A stretch of 64,000 bases of DNA from Alphaproteobacteria bacterium (GCA_015062485.1 SUUO01000003.1:28026-92025), one strand, 5' to 3'; shown: positions 27,389 through 37,910, counted from the stretch's first letter. Program-made: numbers and translations. Notes: generated from the letters alone by a model not told the origin.

Positions 27389-27886
27389 TTAATTTACCCC
27401 CTGTGGTTTTGGTCCCGGTTGTTGCTGCATACGTGCCATAACCGCTTCCATACCACCCATACGCTGAATCATTGCCATTTGTTGTTTCATTTTTGTGTAT
27501 TGCTTTATCATATGTTCAACATCACGTACGGTGCAACCTGCTGTCTCGGCAATACGTGCCTTGGCATTGGCGAAAACTTTTTCTGGGTTTGCGCGTTCTT
27601 CGGCGGTCATCGCTTCCAAGATTTTGATTTGTGCATCGACACTGCCGTCTTTGATTTTTTCTTTCATTGCACCAACGGCATCTTTCATACCCGGCACCAT
27701 TTTCAACAGACCACTGAAATTGCTCATTTTCTTAATCTGCTTTAACTGCGCCAGCATATCATTCATATCGAATTGACCAGACATCATACGCTCGGCCGTT
27801 TCGCGCATACCAGATGGGATTTTTTCCGTCGTTGCTTCGTTTTCTACAACATTTTCTTGTTTTTTCTTTTTACCAAAGCCAAACAT
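27389..27886 (-). CDS. stand-alone SRP54/Ffh M-domain-like protein (no NG GTPase domain)
   Basis: RBS AAGGAG. GQFDMNDMLAQLKQIKKMSNFSGLLKMVPGM ... ILEAMTAEERANPEKV ... ARIAETAGCTVRDVEHMIKQYTKMKQQM aligns by eye with the E. coli Ffh M domain (FDLNDFLEQLRQMKNMGG...LPGM; MT.KER..PEII; RRIA.GSG..VQDVNRLLKQF). Confidence 0.75.
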   Translation of the reverse strand: MFGFGKKKKQENVVENEATTEKIPSGMRETAERMMSGQFDMNDMLAQLKQIKKMSNFSGLLKMVPGMKDAVGAMKEKIKDGSVDAQIKILEAMTAEERANPEKVFANAKARIAETAGCTVRDVEHMIKQYTKMKQQMAMIQRMGGMEAVMARMQQQPGPKPQGVN

Positions 27887-27928
27887 TTCTACTCCTTTTA
27901 ATATTTTTCTATTTTATTGTCTTTTTAT

Positions 27929-30763
27929 CTATTTGTCCAGATACTTCTTTAAATATTTCCCGGTCTGCGATTCAGACACATTTACAATATCTTCGGGTGT
28001 GCCGGTTGCAATGACACGCCCGCCATTTGCGCCACCGGTCGGTCCCAAATCTATAATCCAGTCCGCGGTCTTAATCACTTCCAGATTATGTTCAATAACG
28101 ATAACCGTATTCCCTTGTTCGACCAATTCGTGTAACACAGACAACAACATCTTGATATCTTCAAAATGCAATCCAGTTGTTGGTTCGTCCAAGATATAAA
28201 TTGTTTGTCCCGTACTGCGTGCGGCCAATTCTTTGGATAATTTTATACGCTGGGCCTCGCCCCCGGACAGGTCCAACGAACTTTGCCCCAGTTTGATATA
28301 ATCCAGTCCCACACGCTTTAACAATTCCAGTTTGCGTGCAATCTTGGGCACATTAACAAAGAACCGATACGCCTCTTCGACGGTCATATTCAAGACATCT
28401 GCGATTGATTTACCCTTGTACTTTACCGCCAGTGTTTCTTCGTTATAACGCGTTCCGTGACAACAATCACATTCCACATACACATCAGCCAAGAAATTCA
28501 TTTCTATCTTAATCTGGCCATCACCCTGACAGGCCTCGCACCGGCCACCTTTGACGTTAAATGAAAAACGTCCCGACGTGTATCCGCGCGCCTTGGCCTC
28601 GGGCAGGCCCGCAAAGAAATCACGAATATCGCCAAATACACCGGTATATGTTGCCGGATTACTGCGTGGCGTGCGCCCAATTGGGGATTGATCGATATCA
28701 ACCACCTTGTCCACATTTTCCATACCACGAATAATATCGTGCGCCCCCGTTTCCAGTTTTGAATTATACAGCGCACGCATCAGCGCCGGATACAACGTAT
28801 TTAACAACAGTGTCGATTTCCCAGACCCCGACACACCCGTCAAGGCCACAAATTTACCCAATGGAAATTCAACATCTATGTTTTTAAGGTTATTTCCACG
28901 CGCGCCCGACACAACAATCGATTTTCCATTACCCGCGCGACGCTTTTTCGGTACGGCAATTTTACGTTTACCCGATAAATATTGCCCGGTGATTGAATCT
29001 TTGTTTTTTATAACCTGACCGGGTGTCCCGTGCGCAACAACATTACCACCGTTAATTCCCGCGCCACGTCCAATATCCACCAAATAATCCGCCGCGCGCA
29101 TTGCATCTTCGTCGTGTTCGACAACAATAACCGTGTTATCCTTGTCCCGTAACATTTTCAAGGTTTCCAACAACTTATCATTATCCGCCTGGTGCAGGCC
29201 AATGGATGGTTCGTCCAAGACATACAGAACCCCCGACAGACCACTGCCGATTTGTGATGCCAGGCGAATACGCTGGGCCTCGCCCCCCGACAGGGTGCCC
29301 GCCATACGCGACATTGTTAAATACCCCAACCCAACATTTTGCAAGAAATATAACCTGTCTGTAATTTCACGCAAAACAATTCGTGCGATTTCATTATCTT
29401 TTTGCGACAGATGATTTGGCAAATCACGGAACCATTGCAGGCAATCATCAACCGACATATCACACACATCCATAATATCCGCGCCATTTATCCGCACACA
29501 CAACGCGTGAATATTCAAGCGCTTTCCGTGACACACCGGACACGGTTTTTCAGACTGATATCGCGCCAAATCACTACGTACCGCCTCTGAATCCGATTCG
29601 CGCCACCGGCGTTCCAGATTTGGAATAACCCCTTCGAACGGCTTTTCATACACAAATCCATTCCAGTTAATTTTGATTGGTTTATCACCACTGCCGTACA
29701 GAATTAAATCTTTTTGTTCCGCCGTCAATGTGTGCCACGGTTTTCCAAGTGGGATTTTGAATGCTTTATGCAAGGCTTCGAACAAATGTTCATATTGGCT
29801 AAGCATTCCGCCACGTGACCACGGTGCAATCGCCCCACCCAAAATTGACTTAGATGGATCCGGCACAACCAAATCCGGCGACATATTTAATTGCACACCC
29901 AACCCGTCACAATTCTGACACGCCCCCATCGGCGCATTAAACGAGAACAAGCGCGGCTCTATCTTTGGCACTGTAAAACCACTGACCGGACAGGCATAGT
30001 TTTGCGAATATAAAATATCTTCATTTGTATCCAGGCGACGCACCAACACCGACCCCGGCACCAGACGCAAAGAACCCTCGAACGACGCATACATACGCGA
30101 CCGAATTTCTTCCGTTTCGGCATCTGCATCTGGAATTTGTAATCTATCAACAATAACGAAAATATTATGCTTTTTATTTTTATCTAATGTCGGCACCGCG
30201 GACAAATCAACCAATTCATCATCAATAATCGCGCGCTGATACCCCTGCTTGACCAAGAACGCCAATTCTTTGCGATATTCACCCTTACGCTCGCGTACCA
30301 GTGGCGCCATAATAAATATCTTTGTACCCGCCGGGATTTTCATTGTCCAATCGACCATTTCCGCGACCGTCTGTGACTTAATCGGTTTGCCGGTAACGGG
30401 TGAATGCGGCACACCAATACGCGCCCACAACAGACGCAGATAATCATAAACCTCGGTCACGGTACCAACGGTAGAGCGTGGATTCTTAGACGTTGTTTTC
30501 TGTTCAATGGAAATGGCGGGGGACAGCCCCTCAATCAAATCAACGTCTGGCTTTTTCTGCATATCCAGGAACTGACGTGCATACGACGACAGCGATTCGA
30601 CATATCTGCGCTGGCCCTCGGCATAAATGGTATTAAATGCCAGCGACGATTTCCCAGATCCAGATACGCCGGTAAAGACCACCAATTTATTCTTTGGTAT
30701 GTCCAGGTCGATATTTTTAAGATTATTTTCGCGTGCACCACGAATTTTTATTACATTTGCCAT
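27929..30763 (-). CDS. uvrA: excinuclease ABC subunit A
   Basis: Two ABC ATPase modules ([18 protein letters not shown] x2) and zinc-finger Cys clusters. 944 aa. Confidence 0.97.
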   Translation of the reverse strand: MANVIKIRGARENNLKNIDLDIPKNKLVVFTGVSGSGKSSLAFNTIYAEGQRRYVESLSSYARQFLDMQKKPDVDLIEGLSPAISIEQKTTSKNPRSTVGTVTEVYDYLRLLWARIGVPHSPVTGKPIKSQTVAEMVDWTMKIPAGTKIFIMAPLVRERKGEYRKELAFLVKQGYQRAIIDDELVDLSAVPTLDKNKKHNIFVIVDRLQIPDADAETEEIRSRMYASFEGSLRLVPGSVLVRRLDTNEDILYSQNYACPVSGFTVPKIEPRLFSFNAPMGACQNCDGLGVQLNMSPDLVVPDPSKSILGGAIAPWSRGGMLSQYEHLFEALHKAFKIPLGKPWHTLTAEQKDLILYGSGDKPIKINWNGFVYEKPFEGVIPNLERRWRESDSEAVRSDLARYQSEKPCPVCHGKRLNIHALCVRINGADIMDVCDMSVDDCLQWFRDLPNHLSQKDNEIARIVLREITDRLYFLQNVGLGYLTMSRMAGTLSGGEAQRIRLASQIGSGLSGVLYVLDEPSIGLHQADNDKLLETLKMLRDKDNTVIVVEHDEDAMRAADYLVDIGRGAGINGGNVVAHGTPGQVIKNKDSITGQYLSGKRKIAVPKKRRAGNGKSIVVSGARGNNLKNIDVEFPLGKFVALTGVSGSGKSTLLLNTLYPALMRALYNSKLETGAHDIIRGMENVDKVVDIDQSPIGRTPRSNPATYTGVFGDIRDFFAGLPEAKARGYTSGRFSFNVKGGRCEACQGDGQIKIEMNFLADVYVECDCCHGTRYNEETLAVKYKGKSIADVLNMTVEEAYRFFVNVPKIARKLELLKRVGLDYIKLGQSSLDLSGGEAQRIKLSKELAARSTGQTIYILDEPTTGLHFEDIKMLLSVLHELVEQGNTVIVIEHNLEVIKTADWIIDLGPTGGANGGRVIATGTPEDIVNVSESQTGKYLKKYLDK

Positions 30764-30839
30764 AGTGATATAAATATAGATTAAATATTCAAAAATTCAA
30801 TAGAAAGGGGCGAAATTTCTTTCGCCCCGGAATACGTTC

Positions 30840-31709
30840 TTATTTCTTGCCCATCAGATTTTCCGGCGACAAAATAATCCCAGTTTTGCGAACACCGACA
30901 TCACCCACACGTGGTGCCAATTTTCCATTAACCCAAACGTCAATTCCGCCCGCGTTACCAAATGTCGCCTTGTACTTATCCCCCAATGGCACATAGTAAA
31001 CATCGCCCGTCACCAACACACGACTAAATTCGGTATTGCCACGTGCATCTTCTACCTTGACCCAGGATTCCTGGGTTGCCTGTAAAATTACATTTGATTT
31101 CTTGCGATTCTCGGTTCCAAAACGTTCACGCACCGTCAGTTTATATTCAGGCTCGGAACTTTCAACCACCGCAACGGTTTCTGGTACAACGGGCGCGACC
31201 TCTTCTGCGTTACCACCACCCAGTAACGACGCAACAACAATCGCCAATATAATCGCCGCCAACGCACCCGCAAACCAAATCCAGTGTTGATAAACAAACT
31301 GATACGCACGCACAAAGAATTCCTTGGTCGGATTTTCAACCTTTAAACTGGGACGTGCACAGGTCGGTCCCTCTTCGTCTGCATTATCGCCCGACGTTGA
31401 ACAGGCACCCGGAATAACACCCATTTCCTGTTTAATTTTGGTTACAATTTCATCCGGATTCAAACCCAATTCCATTGCATAATTACGCGCAAACCCCAGA
31501 ATATAAACCGTCTCTGGGATGAATGTATAGTTGCCCTCTTCCAGTGCTTGCAAAAATTCTTCACGAATGCACAACTGTTTTGCAATGGTTGAAATTTCAC
31601 GCTTTCTGCGACCAGTCGTACGTGCATTACGCAACATTTCACCCGCGGTTAATTCAGCCGGCGTTTCGACAACATCAACATTTTCGGTATTTTCATTCAT
31701 AATAAACAT
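30840..31709 (-). CDS. rodZ: RodZ-like cytoskeleton protein (HTH + TM + DUF4115)
   Basis: XRE-type HTH (AGEMLRNARTTGRRKREISTIAKQLCIREEFLQALEEG), a central TM, and a C-terminal VILQATQESWVKVED...VWVNGK domain. The start may instead be ATG 31700. Confidence 0.75.
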   Translation of the reverse strand: MFIMNENTENVDVVETPAELTAGEMLRNARTTGRRKREISTIAKQLCIREEFLQALEEGNYTFIPETVYILGFARNYAMELGLNPDEIVTKIKQEMGVIPGACSTSGDNADEEGPTCARPSLKVENPTKEFFVRAYQFVYQHWIWFAGALAAIILAIVVASLLGGGNAEEVAPVVPETVAVVESSEPEYKLTVRERFGTENRKKSNVILQATQESWVKVEDARGNTEFSRVLVTGDVYYVPLGDKYKATFGNAGGIDVWVNGKLAPRVGDVGVRKTGIILSPENLMGKK

Positions 31710-31733
31710 CCCATCGTTAATAGCATTGTTCGC

Positions 31734-32645
31734 CTAAATCATACCCCAAAATTCGCGAATTGCAACCTTTAAGACATCGGCATCATCAATTTGATTTACA
31801 CGGATTCTGAATTCAGATGAATTTGGCATTCCCGCACTGTACCACGCGGCGTGCTTACGAAACATCGGCACAGCGGTCTTTTCACCATAGTATTCAATCG
31901 CATATTCCAAATGTCGCAACACAACATCCCCAATATTTTCCGGATCGCGCCCACCAATCATTTGATTTAAAATCCACGGTCGTCCCATCAGACCACGCCC
32001 AATCATCGCCCCCGCATAACCCAATGTATCCAGCCCCTTTAAATCATCCGCCGATTTAATATCGCCATTTGCAATAATCGGAATTGGGCACGCCGACACA
32101 TCTGGATGCACCGCCACCCCCAGGTATAATTGCGCACGTGTTCGCCCGTGCAGCGCCGCGAACCGTACGCCACAATCCGCCGCTATATTGATTAAATCGC
32201 GCCAATCCATATGCGCTTCATCCCACCCCAGGCGCGTTTTTATAGACACCGGAATTTGTACCGCATTTACAACCGCCGCCATTATTTTACCGGCCTGCCT
32301 ATGATCGCGCATCAAATGCGCCCCGGCATTGGCACGTGTTGCAACCTTTGGCACGGGACACCCCATATTAATATCAATCCATTTAGCACCCGCATCCTGT
32401 AAAATACGCGCCGCATCCGCCATCAGGTTTACATCCGCCCCAAATATCTGGGCACCGACAGAACCCTCGTCCGCATAGTTATCAAAATTACGCAGGCAAT
32501 TCTTATGCGCCCCAACAATCGAATGACACGAAATCATTTCGGTCACCATTGGCGCATTTGGTGAAAATTCACGCACAACACGACGAAACGGGCGATCTGT
32601 AACCCCGGCAAGTGGCGCAGCAAAAATTTGATTATCACATAACAT
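31734..32645 (-). CDS. dusB: tRNA-dihydrouridine synthase
   Basis: APLAGVTDRPFRRVV, DINMGCP and HGRTR motifs. ORF 31734..32882 trimmed to the ATG at 32645. Confidence 0.85.
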   Translation of the reverse strand: MLCDNQIFAAPLAGVTDRPFRRVVREFSPNAPMVTEMISCHSIVGAHKNCLRNFDNYADEGSVGAQIFGADVNLMADAARILQDAGAKWIDINMGCPVPKVATRANAGAHLMRDHRQAGKIMAAVVNAVQIPVSIKTRLGWDEAHMDWRDLINIAADCGVRFAALHGRTRAQLYLGVAVHPDVSACPIPIIANGDIKSADDLKGLDTLGYAGAMIGRGLMGRPWILNQMIGGRDPENIGDVVLRHLEYAIEYYGEKTAVPMFRKHAAWYSAGMPNSSEFRIRVNQIDDADVLKVAIREFWGMI

Positions 32646-32655
32646 TTGTGATATA

Positions 32656-32991
32656 ATGCCACCGATGAAGGAAAAAATCAAAAATTTATTTGCATTTATT
32701 GGTCGCGCCTGGTCGGGCGGGATTCGCGGAAAATTTGGCGTTTTGGCGTGTATGTTTGCACTGTTTATGTTCGTTCGTATATTCTGGGGCGATGTAAACG
32801 TCCAGAATTTTGTCATTAACATATGGCGCCTGAACGGGGAACAGGAAACACTGCGCACAGAACGCGCAAAACTGGACGCCATTAACCGTCACATAGATTT
32901 ATTAAAATCATACAGTCCTGATTACGTTTCTGAAATCGGCTTAAAATACCTGAACATTGGTGATGATAAATACAAGATTTTAAAGATATAA
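32656..32991 (+). CDS. ftsB: FtsB/DivIC-family septum formation initiator
   Basis: N-terminal TM plus coiled coil (NIWRLNGEQETLRTERAKLDAINRHIDLLK..SPDYVSEIGLKYLN). Confidence 0.7.
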   Translation: MPPMKEKIKNLFAFIGRAWSGGIRGKFGVLACMFALFMFVRIFWGDVNVQNFVINIWRLNGEQETLRTERAKLDAINRHIDLLKSYSPDYVSEIGLKYLNIGDDKYKILKI

Positions 32992-33057
32992 AAATCCCCC
33001 ATCCGGGCCCCGCGCAAACGAAAGTTTGCGTGGATGGACATTCGGGGGATTTTTTTA
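32990..33057. terminator. long compound bidirectional terminator hairpin
   Basis: ATCCCCC ... GGGGGAT outer stem enclosing CGCAAAC gaaa GTTTGCG, flanked by A and T runs, between ftsB and tspO. Confidence 0.7.
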
Positions 33058-33528
33058 ATTCAAAAACAAGATTGACGCATTTAAATATGTCGCGAACAGC
33101 ATCCATATCACATACGGCCATACCAGATATGATGCCAGTTTGCTGATTGGCTTGAACGCGGCCGCCATCCATATTGCAATTATAATCAACGCAATCAGAA
33201 CAACCAACGCCGCCCCAACCATATGCAGACCAAAATACAAATACGTCCACGCAAAATTCAACACCATTTGCGCCAAAAACAGCCAGTACGCACGCGCCTT
33301 GCTAAGTCTGGTTTTCTCGTTGCTGATAATCAGATACAACGCCCAGCCCAACAGCGCATACAAAATCGTCCACGCCACACTGAACACCCAGCCATCCGGC
33401 GTCAGCACAGATTTATTCAATGCATTAAACCAGGCATCCGAACCATTATGCGGTGTAAACATCACCCCGAATATTCCCGGGATAAAAGATATAACCATCG
33501 CGATGATAAATTGAAAAAACTTTTTCAT
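33055..33528 (-). CDS. tspO: TspO/MBR tryptophan-rich sensory protein
   Basis: Five TM helices. WFNALNKSVLTPDGWVFSVAWTILYALLG pattern. Confidence 0.88.
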   Translation of the reverse strand: MKKFFQFIIAMVISFIPGIFGVMFTPHNGSDAWFNALNKSVLTPDGWVFSVAWTILYALLGWALYLIISNEKTRLSKARAYWLFLAQMVLNFAWTYLYFGLHMVGAALVVLIALIIIAIWMAAAFKPISKLASYLVWPYVIWMLFATYLNASILFLN

Positions 33529-33664
33529 CTTTTTTCTCTCCTTTATACTCTGGGGAACATTATACCACGTGTTTCACCACCCCGACACAGGAACGATTTC
33601 ACACGCCCCTTGACAAAACAACCCCGGATTTGCTATCCATTCAAGTATTCAAGGAGTAAAATTA

Positions 33665-34099
33665 ATGAAAAACGAAGATATTTTCTTAAAAATCGTTAAA
33701 CAAAACCCATCTATTTATCAATATGTAGAATTCAAAACCGGCACCCCATACATCAGCGCATTTGACACAAACGGCCGTCGTACTGCCAAGCACGTAACCT
33801 ATGATGATAAACATCGTGCCCTGGAACCGGCCATACGCACCAAGGCCCCAACCCTGTCATACGACAACGGTGTTTATTGTTGGGCAGACGGTACAAATGT
33901 TTATCTATTTGTTGAACCAGACCTGGCGCGCGCCCTGTGGCCAAATCGCGAACCATTACAGAACGGATATGTACCAATGGCAAATGGCGAAACATTACTG
34001 ACATTTCCATCATTGATGCACCTGCGCAATACATCATATCATCATCAGAAACAAAAACTGATGAACGCGGCCCAACGCACCACACAGCACACAATATAA
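33665..34099 (+). CDS. hypothetical protein
   Basis: RBS AAGGAG. 144 aa. Terminator ATCGCCCC aaaa TGGGGCGAT follows. No recognisable motif. Confidence 0.55.
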   Translation: MKNEDIFLKIVKQNPSIYQYVEFKTGTPYISAFDTNGRRTAKHVTYDDKHRALEPAIRTKAPTLSYDNGVYCWADGTNVYLFVEPDLARALWPNREPLQNGYVPMANGETLLTFPSLMHLRNTSYHHQKQKLMNAAQRTTQHTI

Positions 34100-34164
34100 A
34101 ACCATCGCCCCAAAATGGGGCGATTTGAATTTCTGGTTTACCATACGAAGCATTTTGCGAAGTA

Positions 34165-34241
34165 TGGCACGCCCTACAGGATTCGAACCTGTGACCTGCA
34201 GATTAGAAATCTGATGCTCTATCCAGCTGAGCTAAGGGCGC
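34165..34241 (-). tRNA. tRNA-Arg (anticodon TCT)
   Basis: rc reads GCGCCCTTAGCTCAGCTGGATAGAGC...CAGA-TTTCTAA-TCTG...GGTTCGAATCCTGTAGGGCGTGCCA. Cloverleaf with encoded CCA. Confidence 0.95.
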
Positions 34242-34305
34242 ACGATGCACATTTTATATTAAATTTATCCAGAATTCAAGTCCCCCAACAAAAAATGCCC
34301 AAAGT

Positions 34306-34557
34306 TTGCAAAACACAACTATTTTGTGTATAATAAGCATTGAATCCGATGGGAATTGGATTCGGGGCTTTCAAACCCCATAGGACGCGGTGCGTTTGCA
34401 TCGTAAAACTGTTTATGGTGCATCGCACCGTTATTGCCTGACTATGTTGGTCGGGTGTCTGTTGTTATATAATAGGGGTCTCCCAAAAGCAACAGGGTCA
34501 TTCGTCTTATGATTTTGAAAGCACCCGACCGCCAATTCCACGGCGGTCTATTTTTTT
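34306..34557 (+). ncRNA. candidate structured RNA / riboswitch-like leader with own promoter and terminator
   Basis: TTGCAA (34306-34311), 17 nt, TATAAT (34329-34334). Hairpins GAATCC/GGATTC, GGGG/CCCC, CGGTGCG/CGCACCG. 9-bp helix GGTCGGGTG (34449-57)/CACCCGACC (34522-30) overlaps terminator GACCGCC aattccac GGCGGTC + T7 (34527-34557). Confidence 0.5.
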
Positions 34558-34573
34558 ACGGAGACAAATATCA

Positions 34574-35515
34574 ATGGACAATAACACCAAAACAGATTAC
34601 AAAATCTTAACTGATTTTTTGCGTTTAGCCACACACCGCAAAAAAATTGATGATATTAGTACCAGAAAATATATCAAATACTACTGCGATATACATATTG
34701 ACCACGTCATACATAATTTTCTACCTGCAAAAATGTTCAACGATATAACAGGAGGAAGACACGACTGGAGTATAACAAAAAATATGATTTTGGGTGAAGT
34801 AATCAAGAATCTTCAAACAGCCAACAAACATTTAACCGTTGGTGATTTTTATAAGGATATATTTTTAATGACTGCACCATTTGGATTAAACGAATCAGAA
34901 TTACCTAAAATTCGCCCAAGCGAAGCAAACAAACAAATTTTATCAGACCTATGCAATCCACAACTTGTCGCAAAATGCTTTGACGACAATCAATCAGACA
35001 TACTATACCAAGACAAATTCCCCTTGTCCACGTTGCTTTGGTCTACGGGACTTGGTGGTTTTGCCGTATTTGCAGCATCACAAACAGAATTTATAAACGA
35101 CATAACGACATACCAAGAATTACTCAAAATGTCCGCACAAAATGCATTGTTAGCAACATTTATTATTTGTGCAATCGTCTACCTACCCATGTACATTGCC
35201 TGGAAACGTAACACAAAAAACAAGCACACTGTGTACACACTGTCTTTTATTAGTGGAATATTTGGAATTATGCCTTTATTTACAGTTTTTGCGCTTGTTT
35301 TAGCACTTACTGGCACGCAAAGGAGCACACCTCCCCGCAATCGAGGTGTACGAAGACTATGTGTGTTTACAAGTATTGTACTTGGTACAATTGTCGCATT
35401 ATACACAGATTGGGACCAGGACCTCAGTATTTTATACCTAACACTAGCATTTATCGCACCATTTATACTGACCAAAATTATTGAATATATTGTTGATGGA
35501 TTCAAACAAAAATAA
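34574..35515 (+). CDS. hypothetical membrane protein (soluble N-terminal domain + C-terminal TM helices)
   Basis: RBS GGAGA. A+T-rich codon usage. C-terminal YLPMYIAWKRNTKNKHTVYTL segment weakly resembles the Imm superinfection-immunity motif. Confidence 0.6.
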   Translation: MDNNTKTDYKILTDFLRLATHRKKIDDISTRKYIKYYCDIHIDHVIHNFLPAKMFNDITGGRHDWSITKNMILGEVIKNLQTANKHLTVGDFYKDIFLMTAPFGLNESELPKIRPSEANKQILSDLCNPQLVAKCFDDNQSDILYQDKFPLSTLLWSTGLGGFAVFAASQTEFINDITTYQELLKMSAQNALLATFIICAIVYLPMYIAWKRNTKNKHTVYTLSFISGIFGIMPLFTVFALVLALTGTQRSTPPRNRGVRRLCVFTSIVLGTIVALYTDWDQDLSILYLTLAFIAPFILTKIIEYIVDGFKQK

Positions 35516-35524
35516 GGACGCTTA

Positions 35525-35827
35525 ATGACATATCTATTTACAATAAACTGGACGTTATTAGCACTTGCAACGTTTTTGCCAATGACACACAGTTTTTACC
35601 TACTGCTACGAATTGTAGTGTGTTTCACAATAATACTCTATGCAATCAAAGCAAAGAAAGCCCATAAAATATATGACCCTATGGAATATATACTCCTTGG
35701 ACTATACATTGTTATCTATAACCCCATATTCCCTCTTCACAGAGATGCTGAATTCTGGCAAACAATAAATATTTCAACCGCTCTTTTACTGGGGCACATG
35801 AGACAAAACTTAAAGGACACAAAATGA
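35525..35827 (+). CDS. small multi-pass membrane protein
   Basis: RBS AAGGA. 100 aa, 3 predicted TM segments. Confidence 0.55.
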   Translation: MTYLFTINWTLLALATFLPMTHSFYLLLRIVVCFTIILYAIKAKKAHKIYDPMEYILLGLYIVIYNPIFPLHRDAEFWQTINISTALLLGHMRQNLKDTK

Positions 35828-36258
35828 GCAAATTAAAACATATAGGCTTATTGATAATTATTGGCGTATTGAGCGCATGTGTAGACTCTGCTATAGAATA
35901 CAACAAAATGTGTAGCACGTGGCTAGGCGCACCCGAATATGCTCTTATTCAGGGTTGGGGGACACCTATAAGGACGTATGATATTGAAGATATAAAATAC
36001 ATAACATTCAGCGATTCAAGAATCGTATCGCTTCCTGGCACATCTCCATCATATCATACAACTTTTACAGGATATTCAGCACACACAACAGCAGTTGGAG
36101 GCACATCGCCCACAACTTTGCAACTATGGTGCGAAACAACATTTACAATTCACAACCACACAGTTATAGATTATCGTTTTGATGGCAACAATTGTGTGGC
36201 ACCGATTGAAGAATCGCCAGATTACACCCCAATGAGTGTAGCTTCCGAAGTATTTTAA
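35824..36258 (+). CDS. putative lipoprotein
   Basis: ATGA overlap with the upstream gene. Lipobox LIIIGVLSAC. Confidence 0.6.
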   Translation: MSKLKHIGLLIIIGVLSACVDSAIEYNKMCSTWLGAPEYALIQGWGTPIRTYDIEDIKYITFSDSRIVSLPGTSPSYHTTFTGYSAHTTAVGGTSPTTLQLWCETTFTIHNHTVIDYRFDGNNCVAPIEESPDYTPMSVASEVF

Positions 36259-36361
36259 GTGACACAAAAAAATCCATATTTATACCGTGGGACAATAAAA
36301 AAAATTAATTACATTGACAACAGTTATATCGATGATAAATTGACCATAAAAGGAGTTTATT

Positions 36362-37156
36362 ATGTGGGGCGCAATTATTGGCGATATTGCCGGGTCCAGA
36401 TTTGAAGGCAAAGATATGCGAAGCAAACAATTCGCATTATTTCACGGCGACTGCAGATTCACAGACGACAGTGTAATGACCGTCGCAGTTGCACGTGCCG
36501 TTATGGAACATAAATCTAATGGCGCAGATTTATCCACAGAAGCGATTAAATTAATGCAGTGGTTTGGACGTATGTATCAACATCGTGGATACGGCGGAAA
36601 CTTTATAGATTGGATTTGGTCCGACAATCCCGCGCCATATAATAGTATGGGGAACGGTGCAGCAATGCGTGTTAGTGCCTGTGGATTTGCAGCAGAAACA
36701 CTTGTTGAAGCCAAAGAAATGGCATATGCCGTTACAGCAGTATCACACAATCACCCAGAAGGAATACGCGGTGCACAAGCGGTGGCATCGGCCATATTTA
36801 TGGCACGTACTGGTGCCGGCAAAGATGATATACGCCAATATATAACCGATAATTTTTACAAAATAGATTTTGAAATAGACGATTTGCGTGAATATTATCA
36901 AACAGACGTTTCGTGCCAAGGCAGCGTTCCACAAGCAATTGCAAGTTTTCTGGAATCTCAGTCATTTGAAGATGCCATTCGCAACGCAATTTCAATCGGT
37001 GGTGACAGTGATACAATCGCCGCAATTGCGGGCAGTATTGCTGATGCGTATTATGGTGTTCCACAGGAATTTATAAATCGCGCCAGGCATTATGTAAGTT
37101 TTGCAATGGGCGACATAATTAACAGATTTGAACAAATGTTCCCACAGAATAAATAA
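36362..37156 (+). CDS. ADP-ribosylglycohydrolase family protein
   Basis: GAIIGDIAGSRFE, TDDSVMT, GNGAAMRVS and GGDSDTIAAIAGSIADAYYG motifs. RBS AAAGGAG. Confidence 0.88.
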   Translation: MWGAIIGDIAGSRFEGKDMRSKQFALFHGDCRFTDDSVMTVAVARAVMEHKSNGADLSTEAIKLMQWFGRMYQHRGYGGNFIDWIWSDNPAPYNSMGNGAAMRVSACGFAAETLVEAKEMAYAVTAVSHNHPEGIRGAQAVASAIFMARTGAGKDDIRQYITDNFYKIDFEIDDLREYYQTDVSCQGSVPQAIASFLESQSFEDAIRNAISIGGDSDTIAAIAGSIADAYYGVPQEFINRARHYVSFAMGDIINRFEQMFPQNK

Positions 37157-37211
37157 TTTCCCAAAATCCCATAAGAAAATATCAAAACCGCCCCGATGGG
37201 GCGGTGTTATT

Positions 37212-37844
37212 TTAATCATCAACGGCTTTCTTTAACTGGCGCAGTTCTATAAACATATAGACGTCCGCCGCCGCATAAAACAGCATTGTTATCGCCAACC
37301 AATACACAACTGCGACCGCACCCGCCATCGGCCAGAACAGCAACGCAATCGCCAGCGCACATAACGCCAACGCCACAATCAAATCAAAAACCCAATGTCC
37401 AAAACGCGCACGCGCCATATTTATTGCAAAAATCAATGCACGCAGTGCCTTGAACAAGAACAAGACCAAGAACACATACAACAACGCAATCATTGACCCC
37501 GCCGGATAAACCAGGAACAACACCCCCAACACAACATTCGCCAATCCAAAAATAACATCAACCCAGCCACCACCATATGGGCGCGCCACAACAAAACCGG
37601 CAATGGCACGATAAAGACCAAACAATATCAAGCCACACCCCAGCACAAACATCAAAGTCGTCAAAACCGCCAACGGTTTAAAAGCCATAAACAGCGCAAT
37701 TATCCCCAGTAATAAAGCCTCGCCCAACAGCAAGGGCGCGCTTTTATTATATAATCTTTCAACCGATGCGGCGATCGCATCACGCGCATTGCCACGCGTC
37801 ATTTTTTTCGTATTTTTTGATACTGTGTTTTTACTTTTTACCAT
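37212..37844 (-). CDS. HdeD/DUF308 family membrane protein
   Basis: Six TM segments with repeated G..L..G..A......P pattern. GGGGGG RBS before the ATG at 37844. Confidence 0.7.
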   Translation of the reverse strand: MVKSKNTVSKNTKKMTRGNARDAIAASVERLYNKSAPLLLGEALLLGIIALFMAFKPLAVLTTLMFVLGCGLILFGLYRAIAGFVVARPYGGGWVDVIFGLANVVLGVLFLVYPAGSMIALLYVFLVLFLFKALRALIFAINMARARFGHWVFDLIVALALCALAIALLFWPMAGAVAVVYWLAITMLFYAAADVYMFIELRQLKKAVDD

Positions 37845-37910
37845 AAAATCCCCCCTATTGTTTATATATGGGTGATTATACAACAAACATCCTAAATATC
37901 CAAGGGACTA

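Noticed and set aside
34165-36258. tRNA-Arg as the integration site of a genomic island.
   Set aside because: The A+T-rich genes lie on the 5' side of the tRNA rather than the 3' side. No integrase is present, and I found no direct repeat of the tRNA 3' end.
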